DNA from: an uncultured delta proteobacterium
GTDB taxonomy: Bacteria > Desulfobacterota > Binatia > UBA9968
NCBI GenBank assembly: GCA_963727625.1
Contig: CAVSHR010000004.1
Span: forward strand, 320,001-384,000
DNA length: 64,000 nucleotides
Direction: 5' to 3'
Shown here piece after piece: positions 20,690 through 31,197 of the stretch. A model generated the notes under the pieces. It was given only the letters and a program-made list of their open reading frames with translations, made no database searches and was not told where the DNA came from. Made by a program: the position numbers and the translations under genes. Each line of letters begins with the position of its first letter. Position 1 is the stretch's first letter.

Positions 20690-21277
20690 TTAGTTCAAAT
20701 CCAAATCTCTCAACAGCCCTTCCCGCAGATCATAGATCCAGCCGTGTACCATCACTGGACGATCCGCTCTCCATGATTGCTTGACAACCTCGGCTTCGCG
20801 CACCGCATAAACCTGCGCCGTCACGTTCAGCTCGCAAAGCCGGCGCCAGCGTACTTCTTCGCTCGGCGCGGCATCCAACTCGTCTTTGTGGGCGCGGTAA
20901 ACGGCGCGCACATACGCCAGCCAATTTTCCAGCGGCAAGCCGGACCAGTCTTGCAGCGCGGCGAGCACGCCGCCGCAGCCATAATGGCCGCAGACGATGA
21001 TGTGCTTGACCTGAAGAGTCGCGACCGCATATTGCAGCACGGAATGCACGTTGGTATCGAACGGCGGCACGATATTGGCGATGTTCCGGTGTACAAAGAG
21101 TTCCCCGGGTGCGAGGCCGACGATCTCGTTTGCCGGTACCCGGCTGTCGGCGCAGCCGATCCAAAGATATTCCGGCTTCTGTATCTTGCTCAAACGTTCG
21201 AAATACTCTGGATCACGGCGCTTAATTGCCGAGGCCCACGCTCGATTATTCTCGAAAAGTTGTGGCAGAAATTTCAT
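20690..21277 (-). CDS. can: Beta-class carbonic anhydrase
   Basis: WIGCADSRV, HRNIAN, CGHYGCGG. Confidence 0.93.
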   Translation of the reverse strand: MKFLPQLFENNRAWASAIKRRDPEYFERLSKIQKPEYLWIGCADSRVPANEIVGLAPGELFVHRNIANIVPPFDTNVHSVLQYAVATLQVKHIIVCGHYGCGGVLAALQDWSGLPLENWLAYVRAVYRAHKDELDAAPSEEVRWRRLCELNVTAQVYAVREAEVVKQSWRADRPVMVHGWIYDLREGLLRDLDLN

Positions 21278-21293
21278 ACAAAGGAGGATCCCT

Positions 21294-21917
21294 TTACGGG
21301 TTTTTGCTTTTCGATGTCGTTTTATAGCTCGCGATAATCGGCTGACGGCGAAAGCATCCTGCCACATGATCGTTGACCATGCCGGTGGCTTGCATGTGAG
21401 CGTAGCAGATCGTCGAACCGACAAACTGGAAGCCGCGTTGCTTCAAATCCTTGCTTAATATGTCGGATTCGGGGCTGGTGGCGGGATAGTCTGTAATTTT
21501 GCGCAGATCATGCACGACCGGTTGGCCGTCGACGAAGCGCCAGATGTATGCGTCGAAGCTACCGAACTCTTCTCGAACATCAAGAAACCTTGCCGCGTTG
21601 TTCACCGCTGCGGCGATCTTAGCTCGATGGCGGATGATGCCGGCGTTCTTGACCAGAGCCCCGACTTGCCGCTTGCCGAAACACGCGACTTTTTCCGGAT
21701 CGAAACCCGAGAAAGCCTGACGGTACGCGTCCCGTTTGCGCAGCACCGTGTACCAGCTGAGACCGGCCTGCGCCGCCTCCAGGGTCAAGAACTCGAATAT
21801 CAGTCGATCATCATGGACCGGCACACCCCATTCCCGGTCATGATAGTCGACATAATCGGATTTTGTCAGGTCCACCCAGGGACAGCGGTCGCTACTAATG
21901 TATCCTTTCATTCCCAT
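21294..21917 (-). CDS. tag: DNA-3-methyladenine glycosylase I
   Basis: RCPW..YHDREWG, QAGLSW, FVGSTICYAHMQATGMVNDH...C. Confidence 0.95.
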   Translation of the reverse strand: MGMKGYISSDRCPWVDLTKSDYVDYHDREWGVPVHDDRLIFEFLTLEAAQAGLSWYTVLRKRDAYRQAFSGFDPEKVACFGKRQVGALVKNAGIIRHRAKIAAAVNNAARFLDVREEFGSFDAYIWRFVDGQPVVHDLRKITDYPATSPESDILSKDLKQRGFQFVGSTICYAHMQATGMVNDHVAGCFRRQPIIASYKTTSKSKNP

Positions 21918-22005
21918 GAGAACCCCACCAAACTAAATCCGTTGTTTCCTTCTTCGGGCACGTTGTCCGAGATAAGTAGTTGTAACAAATTATGTTTTAT
22001 CGAGT

Positions 22006-22518
22006 CTATTTCGGTTTAGGGAACCGGCGGTAGAGCCGAACGATCCACCACACAAGAGCAATTACGAACCCCATCAGGACCGCGGAGAACTTCGCGCCCG
22101 GAAGCGCCGGCGGCCGCGTGTGATTGGCAAGCAAAATAATGTAGTGCATGGCCAACATCATCATCACGATCACGTAGCCGAGCCGCTTGCCGTGAGCGGA
22201 CAGAAACAGCAACGACTCTTCGCGCCGCTCCTCCGCCAACCAGTAGTCTCGATGGGGCACGTTGGTCCAGTGGGGAAACTTGCGCGGCAGCGTGCCGACG
22301 ACGAAGCTCACCAGCGCGGCCATGCCGATCATCAAACTCGCCATGAACAGCAAATAACCGTTGCGGCTCATCCAACCGTCGGCCATGCCGCTCGAACCGA
22401 AATGGGTGGCAACCCGATCGGGCAAATACTGCGAGGTATAAACGACGAACACCACGGCGAAGACCGTTAGACAAACGAGGGTCGCCAAAGTGGCGGCGGC
22501 GGGATTATTTTGCGTCAT
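22006..22518 (-). CDS. DUF1648 membrane protein
   Basis: LPDRVATHFG..G.ADGW, NVPHRDYW; several TM segments. Confidence 0.8.
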   Translation of the reverse strand: MTQNNPAAATLATLVCLTVFAVVFVVYTSQYLPDRVATHFGSSGMADGWMSRNGYLLFMASLMIGMAALVSFVVGTLPRKFPHWTNVPHRDYWLAEERREESLLFLSAHGKRLGYVIVMMMLAMHYIILLANHTRPPALPGAKFSAVLMGFVIALVWWIVRLYRRFPKPK

Positions 22519-22629
22519 CGCTCCACCGGCGCGAACGTCCCAGGCAAGGCCTTTGCCTTTTGCAGTTCAGGCGAAAAATCGCCACGAGACGGAATCATTC
22601 ACTTTTTCAGTTTGGCAAGGAGACAAGTC

Positions 22630-23064
22630 TCATTTTCTGATGCCGAGTATGACCACACCCGCTGCGACCAAGGCAATCGCCAACCAGTCTTTGGTCGCGG
22701 GCCGTTCGCCGAGAAACAGCACCGCAAAAATCGCCACCAGCACAACGCTCAATTTGTCCACCGGCGCGACTTTCGCCGCCTCGCCGATTTTTAGAGCACG
22801 AAAGTAGCAGAGCCACGAGGCGCCGGTGGCCAGTCCAGACAAGGTAAGAAAAATCCAGGTTTTTGGACGAAGCGTGAACGGGTCGCTCCATTTCCCGGTG
22901 TAGTAAACAAACCAAACAATCGCGAGCAAGATGACCAGCGTACGGATCAGCGTGGCGAAATCTGAATCGACGCCTTCCAGACCGATCTTGGCGAAGATCG
23001 CCGTCAAAGAAGCAAAAACCGCCGAAAGCAGTGCCCACTGGAACCACATGTAACTGGACGTCAT
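22630..23064 (-). CDS. EamA/DMT family transporter
   Basis: ALLSAVFASLTAIFAKIG, SWLCYFRAL, PVDKLSVV. Confidence 0.9.
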   Translation of the reverse strand: MTSSYMWFQWALLSAVFASLTAIFAKIGLEGVDSDFATLIRTLVILLAIVWFVYYTGKWSDPFTLRPKTWIFLTLSGLATGASWLCYFRALKIGEAAKVAPVDKLSVVLVAIFAVLFLGERPATKDWLAIALVAAGVVILGIRK

Positions 23065-23483
23065 GACGACTTCTCCGTTGTCCGCGCTTTTCGCGCTCGT
23101 GCTTTTCGGGCTATTCCTTCGAAATGCACCCGCCTCGCTTCATCGCGCCGCGCTCGTTCTTTACGGCGGCACGTCCGGCAACGAATCGCGCTGGAATAAG
23201 CGAACCCTTTGGCCACTTCATACCACCACTTCTGCTGGCTGCCGGTCCAAATTTCTTCTTTACCGCAATCGACGCAGCAAAACGGCATATCGACATAATA
23301 TCCCCGCATGACGAAAGCCGGAGCGCCGTAGCTGTTGTTCGGCGCGAGCAAGCTTTCGTTTACCGGAACCGTTCGATAGGGCATGGGTTTGGCTCCACCC
23401 GCTTTGGTTTCCGCGGCGCGCTTGCTCGCACGCTTCTTCCGTTTGGCGATGATCTCGCCGCGCCGCTGTTTACCGCTTTTCAT
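23061..23483 (-). CDS. Zinc-ribbon domain protein
   Basis: YYVDMPFCCVDCG..W....QKWWYE......RCRTCR. Confidence 0.75.
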   Translation of the reverse strand: MKSGKQRRGEIIAKRKKRASKRAAETKAGGAKPMPYRTVPVNESLLAPNNSYGAPAFVMRGYYVDMPFCCVDCGKEEIWTGSQQKWWYEVAKGFAYSSAIRCRTCRRKERARRDEARRVHFEGIARKARARKARTTEKSS

Positions 23484-23504
23484 TGGGTATCAAATACGCC
23501 ATCG

Positions 23505-23894
23505 CTATTTTCCGATCAGCCGGCGCATCCATAATTCAACGATCAGTACCGCATTCGGCGGTATCAGGTCCTCGATTTCGTGCTCGCGGTAGGCGAGATG
23601 CGGGCTCAGGCGCACCTTGCGATAACCGCCTTGTTTCATACCGAGCAGCGAATACTCGACCCCGGCCATGGCTTGCCGCGTCCCAAGCTCGATCGAGTGA
23701 TCGACGAAGCGATAGCCCGCTTCGGTTCTGATCATTTGTTCGGGAAGGTACTCGGCCTGGCGCGCATTCAACGGAACTTCGTCGCCTTTGTTGAGAAAGA
23801 GCTTCAAATTGTAGATGACCCGGTCGCCCTTTTTTGCCGGCGTTCCACTGCCTTCGCGCTCGTCCAACAGTTTGATGCCGCTCCGTAATCTCAT
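23505..23894 (-). CDS. FKBP-type peptidyl-prolyl isomerase-like protein
   Basis: EGSG..AKKGDRV, GMKQGGYRKV..SPHLAY, IPPNAVLIVE. Confidence 0.8.
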   Translation of the reverse strand: MRLRSGIKLLDEREGSGTPAKKGDRVIYNLKLFLNKGDEVPLNARQAEYLPEQMIRTEAGYRFVDHSIELGTRQAMAGVEYSLLGMKQGGYRKVRLSPHLAYREHEIEDLIPPNAVLIVELWMRRLIGK

Positions 23895-24185
23895 GCTCAG
23901 CCGTCATCAAAAGCCGGCCTGCTCCCACCCGACTGAATCACCGAGCTTGATCTCGCAGTTGTTTAAAACTTTCGCGAAGGCGCCGCCGCGCCAATTTGAA
24001 TACATCGCCGCCAGATGACCGAGGGGCTGTTTATCGTTTCTCATTTTTTTAGCTGAACGTAACGCGGGAACGGGAAAATTTTTACGCAGTTAAGGATACT
24101 GGCGCGGTGGCTTTGTTCATTCGCCCCCGCTTTAATTTGTTTTGCCGCCGCTTGCCGCTTTTCATGTTCAAGCGTCCTGATGCGG

Positions 24186-25187
24186 CTACTCGACCTTACA
24201 TGCCTGACAGTCAACCGACACCATCCTGATATCGCTGCCGCGCCGGTAGGAATATTGAGTTGTCCCCGGTCCAATTTTGGGAATCGCCCGGCGCAGATCG
24301 TCTTCGCTGAGAAGCTTTTTACCTGCAACCGACAGAATGACGTCGCCGACATGTATGCCCGCCTTGGCCATCGGCCGGCCGCTTTCCACCTCCATCACCA
24401 CCGCGCCGGCCGGCATCGCGCCAAGCGTCGAGGCGCTCTGCTCGGGTGTGAGAAAAGCGATGCGCACACCGAGATCCGGCACATGAAATCCTCGCGCTAA
24501 CGACGTTGCGGGAATCGCGCCCCCGAGCGTGCCCACGAGGTCGTGGATACTTTTTTCCATATCGGTTGAGCCGACCGCCGGGTCAGTTATTTTCAAAGAC
24601 GTCGTTGGCTCTTGCGGTTGGGGCACGGCTTGACCGCCTCTCAGCAAATAACCGGCCATCCCGGCGCCGACGACGGCAATCGCGAGGGCCCCAATCGCCC
24701 AGGGCCTCAAGCGCCAATTCGTCTCGATTTCTTTGTGCGCCGGGGCCGGTCGTACATGCGCCGGCGATCCGCCGCCGGGTGGTGAATCATTGCCTGTCAG
24801 CTCAAGCAATTCGGTTACCCGCCCAACCAGGCGAAGAAATTCGTCATCACGGGCATTGCCGCTCCACTCGCTCAAGTCGGCGCCGTTAAGCAGCCTAAAC
24901 GCCAACGGCGCTTCGACATGCTCCAAAAATACCGGAACGAGAATGCCGCGGCGCTTGCCCTCCGAAGCCTCGTTGCGCACCCACTCGGAGGCAACCGACA
25001 AGGCCGACCAGAGCACGATAACGCATTTGGCTTGTGCGATCGCTTTTTCAATGACTTCGTCGAAAGATTTTCCGAGCGGGATCTCGCGGTCCCACCAGAC
25101 GTCCCAGCCGCGTGCGCCCAATGCCGCGGCGAGCTGCTGCGCCTGGATGCGATCCTCGGCCGCATAACTGATAAAAATTTCGTTCAT
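24186..25187 (-). CDS. TIR domain - TM - PDZ domain protein
   Basis: IFISYA..D..VWWD..SEWVRNE TIR; TM WAIGALAIAVVGAG; PDZ GAVVMEVESG.P..KAGIHVGDVIL. Confidence 0.85.
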   Translation of the reverse strand: MNEIFISYAAEDRIQAQQLAAALGARGWDVWWDREIPLGKSFDEVIEKAIAQAKCVIVLWSALSVASEWVRNEASEGKRRGILVPVFLEHVEAPLAFRLLNGADLSEWSGNARDDEFLRLVGRVTELLELTGNDSPPGGGSPAHVRPAPAHKEIETNWRLRPWAIGALAIAVVGAGMAGYLLRGGQAVPQPQEPTTSLKITDPAVGSTDMEKSIHDLVGTLGGAIPATSLARGFHVPDLGVRIAFLTPEQSASTLGAMPAGAVVMEVESGRPMAKAGIHVGDVILSVAGKKLLSEDDLRRAIPKIGPGTTQYSYRRGSDIRMVSVDCQACKVE

Positions 25188-25401
25188 AGAGGCAATTTAA
25201 GCGACGCCGTCAGCTGCATTTTAATACAACGCTAAGCGCGCAGGCTAGTCAATTCGCAGGCCCATCGAAACCGAAAGCAATCGGGTGCCGACAATTTTAT
25301 TGCAAGAGGTCCATCTTCTCTGTTGTCTGGGGCGCAGTACGGCCAGCCCGGAGCTAATGACCGCCGAGCCGGCCATCACCGGCCGTGAAGACAATTTTAG
25401 T

Positions 25402-25860
25402 TTAAGGCTTCGGATGCCCGGCATCGACCCAGTAAACTTCTTGGGGATTCTCCACTGCGGGTATGTCCAAGTTAACCACAACCGGTTCCTGGTCGCTGCG
25501 CACGACTACACACGAGAGCTCTTGGTTTTCGTTGGCGTTGATTTCTTGGTGCGGCACGAACGGCGGTACGAAAATAAAATCCCCTGGACCCGCCTCCGCG
25601 ACAAACTCGAGTTTCTCGCCCCAAAGCATGCGCGCTCTGCCGCTGACGATATAAATAATGCTCTCCAGCGCGCCGTGATGGTGCGGCGCGGTCTTGGCGT
25701 TGGGATGGATGTTCGCCGTTCCGGCCCATAGTTTGTTCGCGCCCGCCATCGCCCGGTTGATCGCCGCCGCCCGCGTCATGCCGGGGGTCTGCGGCGTGTT
25801 AAAGTCAAGCTGCTTGCTCGGAACGATTCTAACCCCGTGATTGCGCCAATCTTGGGTCAT
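25402..25860 (-). CDS. Cupin domain protein
   Basis: HHHG.LES..Y..SG and PGDF..VPP..PHQE motifs. Confidence 0.88.
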   Translation of the reverse strand: MTQDWRNHGVRIVPSKQLDFNTPQTPGMTRAAAINRAMAGANKLWAGTANIHPNAKTAPHHHGALESIIYIVSGRARMLWGEKLEFVAEAGPGDFIFVPPFVPHQEINANENQELSCVVVRSDQEPVVVNLDIPAVENPQEVYWVDAGHPKP

Positions 25861-25892
25861 GACTCACCTCCTACTCAAATCACGCTATGACT

Positions 25893-26984
25893 CTATCCCA
25901 CCACGTAACGATCGACCTCCCGGCTGAATTCAAGGCCGAGCCCGGGCTTGCTCGGTACGATCAACTCGCCGTTTACCGGCTCCGGCACTTCCTCGAACAG
26001 CCGAAACGACCAGGGCATGTACTCTACGGTCAAGCCGTTGGGAATCGCCGAGATTAAATGGACGTGGATTTCCGGCAACAGATGGCTCACCACCGGCAGA
26101 TTGAAAGCCTCGGCCATGGCCGCGACTTTCAGCCAGTTCGAGATGCCGCCGACCCGGATAAGATCGATCATAATAATATCCACGGAATGCGCTTCAATCA
26201 TGTGGCGAAACGGCGTGAGGCCGTACAGACACTCCCCGCCCGCCAGCGGTGTGGTCAACGCGTCGGCGACCCGCGCCAGGCCCGAATAATCGTCGTGGGC
26301 AGTGACATCTTCCAGCCAGAAAAAATGCACATCCTCGACGCGTTTGCCGATGTCGATGGCCTGATGCACGGACCAGCGCTGATTGATGTCGCACATGAGG
26401 TCGATATCGGGACCCACCGCTTCACGCATGATGTGCGCGCGCTCGACTTCTTTGTTCGGCGTCGTATCGCCGGGAACCGCTAGTTGAGTCTTCATTTGTT
26501 TGAAGCCCTTTTCGACGAGCCGTTGCCCCGCCTTGACCAGATGATCGAGCGGGTAGGCGCGCACCAGCGCGCCGCTGGCGTAGGTCGGCACGCGCTCGCG
26601 CAAGCCGCCGAGCATGGCGCCGAGCGATTGACCGAGCTCTTTGCCCTTGATATCCCAGAGCGCCATGTCAATGCCGGCGACCGCCAGAGTCAAGATTCCG
26701 CCCGGCCCCGCGCTGGCCCCGGCGGTGCGCAGCTTGTGCGTCAGTGCGTCGACGCGCCGGGGATCTTCGCCGACGATCAATTCGCCGAGCTGGTCGATGG
26801 CCTGTTTTAACGTAGCGCTCAGCGCGCCGCCGAAAAAGCTCACGCCAATGCCTTCGATTCCCCCATCGGTCTCGACTCTTAAAATGACAAACTGATTATG
26901 CGAGCGAGCATAGGGCGGCCCGCCTGCCAGAGGCTCGTCAAGAGGCACGCGCACCACCTGCGATCGGATCCGTTTAATTTTCAT
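25893..26984 (-). CDS. Mandelate racemase/muconate lactonizing enzyme family
   Basis: GIDMALWDIKGK, MCDINQRW, WLED, GGE, PGLGLE. Confidence 0.92.
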   Translation of the reverse strand: MKIKRIRSQVVRVPLDEPLAGGPPYARSHNQFVILRVETDGGIEGIGVSFFGGALSATLKQAIDQLGELIVGEDPRRVDALTHKLRTAGASAGPGGILTLAVAGIDMALWDIKGKELGQSLGAMLGGLRERVPTYASGALVRAYPLDHLVKAGQRLVEKGFKQMKTQLAVPGDTTPNKEVERAHIMREAVGPDIDLMCDINQRWSVHQAIDIGKRVEDVHFFWLEDVTAHDDYSGLARVADALTTPLAGGECLYGLTPFRHMIEAHSVDIIMIDLIRVGGISNWLKVAAMAEAFNLPVVSHLLPEIHVHLISAIPNGLTVEYMPWSFRLFEEVPEPVNGELIVPSKPGLGLEFSREVDRYVVG

Positions 26985-27225
26985 AAGCTCTCCCGGTCTG
27001 AATTCGTAACGGCGGCATCAATGATCGGTAAACAATTGGGGAGATCACCCTGCCCGTTGTGCCTCATGATAGCACTACAGGACGATCGCTGCGGGTTGTA
27101 AGTCATGGATGATCCGACTGACGTGTTCCGGCCTAGCCGAATTCTCATCCCTCTTCGAGCCCATCGCCTCATATACGCAGCAGCTTTATCTTGTTAAGAT
27201 GTTCATTGTTACCGCTATGATCATT

Positions 27226-27813
27226 ATGCCGTCCCAAGCACGGCGCGCCTACCTTGGCCGTCTCAAACCCTATCTGACAACGAGTTTGCTGTTGTTCGGC
27301 ATCGGAATCGTCATCGGTCTGATGATCATGCAGCGCTATCCTTCTTTGGCCGGCTATTTTGCAGATACGCTCGCCAATTTCGTCAAAAATTTTGCCGGTA
27401 TGCCGCGAATCCAGTTGGCCGCCGCAATCTTTTTAAACAACGCGCTGAAAACTCTTTTCGCCATTCTGTTCGGTACCTTGCTGGGAATCGTCCCGGCGAT
27501 TTTCCTGCTCGGGAACGGCGTCGCCCTGGGCGTTGCCTGGACCTTGTCCTCAGACGCTCGCGGGCCATGGCTTTCCCTGTTGAGCCTCCTGCCCCATGGC
27601 ATACTCGAGTTGCCGGCGGTCTTTCTCGGCACCAGCATCGGGCTCATGATCGGCCTCACCGCATTCAAACGACTGACCCGACGTGGCGAAACCACGGTCG
27701 CTAGCGAGCTCGCCCAAGCGCTGCAGTATTTCTGCACCGTGATCGTTCCGCTGTTGCTCGCTGCCGCCCTGGTCGAAGCTTTCATAACCGCTGCCCTGGT
27801 TACACCGCGATAA
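27226..27813 (+). CDS. SpoIIM-like membrane protein
   Basis: IFLNN, NG...G, LPHGILELPA, AALVEAFIT; start uncertain (27199 possible). Confidence 0.85.
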   Translation: MPSQARRAYLGRLKPYLTTSLLLFGIGIVIGLMIMQRYPSLAGYFADTLANFVKNFAGMPRIQLAAAIFLNNALKTLFAILFGTLLGIVPAIFLLGNGVALGVAWTLSSDARGPWLSLLSLLPHGILELPAVFLGTSIGLMIGLTAFKRLTRRGETTVASELAQALQYFCTVIVPLLLAAALVEAFITAALVTPR

Positions 27814-27880
27814 CCCGTCGTTGCACGCGACTTCCTCAAGTTTACAGCAAAGTTGTTACGCGCCGTTATTCGAATCTCCT

Positions 27881-28315
27881 TTAAATCTGTCGTGTCATCG
27901 TAAGCCTGATCGGAGACTGGCGCGCAAGCTGTTCGCTGGTTTTGCGCAGCTCCGCCGCGGAATACTCCCGCGTCTCAGTTAAATTGCCCCATACCGGCGC
28001 CGGCCAACAGGGGTCGCCGGGTCTGCGGCCGACGATGTGGAGATGCAGCTGCGGCACGAAGTTGCCGATGGCGGCGAAATTCACTTTGGGGTAACCGAGC
28101 GCTTTTTTAATAAATCCCGAGATCGCCGCAGCCTCGTGCATCGCGGTATGGCGCACATCGTCCGGCAGATCGAGCAGGTCGACGGCATCGGTTTCCGGCA
28201 CCAGAATAAACCAGGGCAGCGACGCATTTTTATGGAGCAGGATATGGCATCGCGGCATCCTGCCGAGGCAATGCGAGTCAATCAGTAGCCGGCGGTGGAT
28301 TTCAAACTGAGCCAT
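27881..28315 (-). CDS. HIT family protein
   Basis: PWFILVP, NFAAIGNFVPQLHLHIVGR..DPCWPAPVWG. Confidence 0.9.
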   Translation of the reverse strand: MAQFEIHRRLLIDSHCLGRMPRCHILLHKNASLPWFILVPETDAVDLLDLPDDVRHTAMHEAAAISGFIKKALGYPKVNFAAIGNFVPQLHLHIVGRRPGDPCWPAPVWGNLTETREYSAAELRKTSEQLARQSPIRLTMTRQI

Positions 28316-28341
28316 CGGATGGAGAGTCCTCTTCGTTGAAT

Positions 28342-29523
28342 TTATTTGACATCGGCCGCGCAGCGAAAGCCGGTCGCATCGTCAAGATGGCCGGGACTGG
28401 CGTGCATTCTTTTAGTCGCCGCGATTCTTACCGCGGTGTCGTACCACCCGCCGCCTCTTAGGACTTTTGCCGCACCGGTTTCGGGTCCTTTCGGATTTCG
28501 TGTTTCGGCGGAGGAGAAGCTTTCCGAGTACCAGTCGTTTACCCACTCCGCTACGTTGCCGGCAAGATCAAAAACGCCGAAGGGACTCATCCCCTTGGGA
28601 TATTTTCCCACCGGGGAAACGCCGTCTTGGTAAACTGGATTTTGGTAAGGCATGCCGAATCGCGCTTGAGCGTCGGCCGGCTCATCGTTGCCCCAAGGAT
28701 ACTTTCGCCCGTCGCCGCCGCGCGCGGCCTTTTCCCACTCCGCGTCCGTCGGCAAGCGCTTGCCGGCCCAGCGACAATAATTGGCGGCATCATGCCAATC
28801 GACCCCGACCACCGGTAGATCGCCGATCGCAGCGATCTCCCCCTGGGGCCAATCCTCGGGAATCTTTACATTCCCCGTGGCCTTTAAAAACCCGGCGTAG
28901 CGCGACAGCGTGACTTCAAATTTGTCCAAATAAAATGCATCAAGAAAGAGTTCCCGGCGCGGCGAATTTTCGTCGTCGCCCATGATAAAACTTCCCGCCG
29001 GGATCAGAACCGCCGGAGCGCCATCCTTGCCGACCGGCGGATGATTCTGCCGGACCTTTATGCCGTAAAGTACGCCGCCCCAAACGGCCGCGATCAGCGC
29101 CAGACCGGCACCCATTTGCTTCAGCCGCTTGCGGCGAAAATCGCCGGCAATGCGGGACACCTCCGCGCCTACACTCGCTGCGATATTGCCGTCCGGGCGG
29201 TAAATCGTTATGGCTTTGAGCGACGCCGGTATCGCCGTAAAATCGGCCTCACCGAGCGCCACCGGCAGAAGTTTTATTCGCGATCTCTCGGCGACCTCCA
29301 GCTCGCTGAGCGTATAACTCCGCTTATCGATTGCGTTGGCCGAGAGCAAAAAGATGAAAAGATGCGAACTTTCGATCGCCTGGCGGATGCGATTGTGAAA
29401 CTCATCGCCGGCGGGCAGATCGGCGCGATCGAAGAATACCTTGTGTCCCTGATCGCGAAGCGCCAGATAGATAGCTTTCGCCGCCTCGCGATCTTCGGAG
29501 GCGTAACTAAGAAAAATTCTCAT
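28342..29523 (-). CDS. TIR domain - TM - FGE-sulfatase (SUMF1/EgtB/PvdO-like) protein
   Basis: IFLSYASED..VFFD..YTLSE TIR; TM; IPAGSFIMG, RLPTDAEWEKAARG, DLAGNVAEW, GFRCA. Confidence 0.9.
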   Translation of the reverse strand: MRIFLSYASEDREAAKAIYLALRDQGHKVFFDRADLPAGDEFHNRIRQAIESSHLFIFLLSANAIDKRSYTLSELEVAERSRIKLLPVALGEADFTAIPASLKAITIYRPDGNIAASVGAEVSRIAGDFRRKRLKQMGAGLALIAAVWGGVLYGIKVRQNHPPVGKDGAPAVLIPAGSFIMGDDENSPRRELFLDAFYLDKFEVTLSRYAGFLKATGNVKIPEDWPQGEIAAIGDLPVVGVDWHDAANYCRWAGKRLPTDAEWEKAARGGDGRKYPWGNDEPADAQARFGMPYQNPVYQDGVSPVGKYPKGMSPFGVFDLAGNVAEWVNDWYSESFSSAETRNPKGPETGAAKVLRGGGWYDTAVRIAATKRMHASPGHLDDATGFRCAADVK

Positions 29524-29618
29524 CGAGGCAAGGCAAAGACGCGTTCTCGTCGAAAATAAGTGGATACCTTTGCTTAGGATGACGATTTAATTTTGTTGCA
29601 AGCTTCGGCTAAAGGTTT

Positions 29619-30689
29619 CTATTTGACTCGCTGCGGCAGGACCTCTTTCAGATTATTTCGCGCTTTGCGGATGATCGCCTCGGACGTTGGCCAATCGATG
29701 CAGGGATCGGTGACCGAACAACCGTATTTGAGCTTGGAGAGGTCGGCGGGGATCGGCTGGTTGCCGCCCTCGATGTTGCTCTCGATCATCAGGCCGACGA
29801 TCGACTGATTGCCCTCGCGGATCTGGTGCACGCAGTCCGACATCACCAGCGTCTGCAGGTTGTGATCTTTGAAACAGTTCGAGTGCGAGCAGTCGACCAC
29901 GATGTTCGGTGCGAATTTGGCCTCGGTCAGCGCCTTTTCAGTCATGGAAATGCTGACAGTGTCATAGTTCGGGCGCTCGCCGCCGCGCAGCACGATGTGA
30001 CCGTAGGCGTTGCCGCGCGTGCGCACGATCGCAGTGCGCCCTTGCGCATTGATGCCGAGAAAGCTGTGCGCCCGGGCGGCGGACTTGACCCCGTTGATGG
30101 CGACTTCGGTGTTGCCGTCCGTAGCGTTCTTGAATCCCACCGGCGTGGACAGGCCGGACGCCATTTCCCGGTGCGTTTGGGACTCGGAGGTGCGCGCGCC
30201 GATCGCCGTCCAGGAAATCAGATCGCCCAAGTACTGTGGCCCGATCGGATCGAGCGCTTCGGTGGCGGCCGGCAGCCCGAGCTCGTTGACCTGCAACAAA
30301 AACGCGCGCGCCTTCTCCATGCCTTCTTCGATGTGGAAGGAGTCGTCCATGCCCGGGTCGTTGATGAATCCTTTCCAGCCCACCGAAGTGCGCGGTTTTT
30401 CAAAATAGACGCGCATCACCAGAAACAGCGTGTCGCGCACTTCGTCGGCCAGTTTTTTCAACCGCTGGGCGTAGTCGTAGCCGGCGATCGTGTCGTGAAT
30501 CGAGCAAGGACCGACCACGATGAAGAGCCGGTGGTCTTTGCGATTGAGAATGCGCTTGACCGTGTCGCGCCCTTCCAAAACGGTCTGGCAGGCTATGTCG
30601 GAGATCGGCACACGGGCGTGGATCTCGGCGGGCGACAACATCACATCCAGCGCCGCGATATTCAAATTTTCTAAAGGTTGACGGGCCAT
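29619..30689 (-). CDS. 3-deoxy-7-phosphoheptulonate (DAHP) synthase, class I-alpha (AroF/G/H type)
   Basis: GPCSIHD, RVYFEKPRT, IGARTSESQTHRE, DCSHSN, SVTDPC. Confidence 0.95.
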   Translation of the reverse strand: MARQPLENLNIAALDVMLSPAEIHARVPISDIACQTVLEGRDTVKRILNRKDHRLFIVVGPCSIHDTIAGYDYAQRLKKLADEVRDTLFLVMRVYFEKPRTSVGWKGFINDPGMDDSFHIEEGMEKARAFLLQVNELGLPAATEALDPIGPQYLGDLISWTAIGARTSESQTHREMASGLSTPVGFKNATDGNTEVAINGVKSAARAHSFLGINAQGRTAIVRTRGNAYGHIVLRGGERPNYDTVSISMTEKALTEAKFAPNIVVDCSHSNCFKDHNLQTLVMSDCVHQIREGNQSIVGLMIESNIEGGNQPIPADLSKLKYGCSVTDPCIDWPTSEAIIRKARNNLKEVLPQRVK

Positions 30690-31197
30690 AATCTTGGTTA
30701 TGTTTCTTGGAACGACTACCCGGACTTATAATTTTTTATACAATAGCACGACAAAACGATCTGCGGGAGTCTCGACCGGGGGACATCGAATGGGATTTAC
30801 CGCAAAACATTTGGCGCGAAAAAGTGTCGGCGCCTCGTATTCTGGTGGGCCGGCGACGTTAAGAATTATTTGCGCAATCCGCGAAAATTTTTAACCCGAG
30901 TAATACAGAGCGTCATCGCTTCTAGCGCCACTCGAGAGCCACAGGCGATCCAATTCCGCGGCCGTCGCCGGCGGCGCAACGCCAACGAGCATCAGCAAAA
31001 CAACTAGACCGCCGCCGCTCCATACGAGCGAATTATACACCTCATGTCCGTCAGCGTATTACGAATGCTTCCGGTTTAGGATCACAAAAAATCTGTCGAG
31101 TATTTCGCCGCCTTGATATCGGCGTCGAGCAACTTCCCGGTGATCAAAACATGATTATCTTCTCTTCCGAATCGATACTATCGCAGCAGCTTACTTT

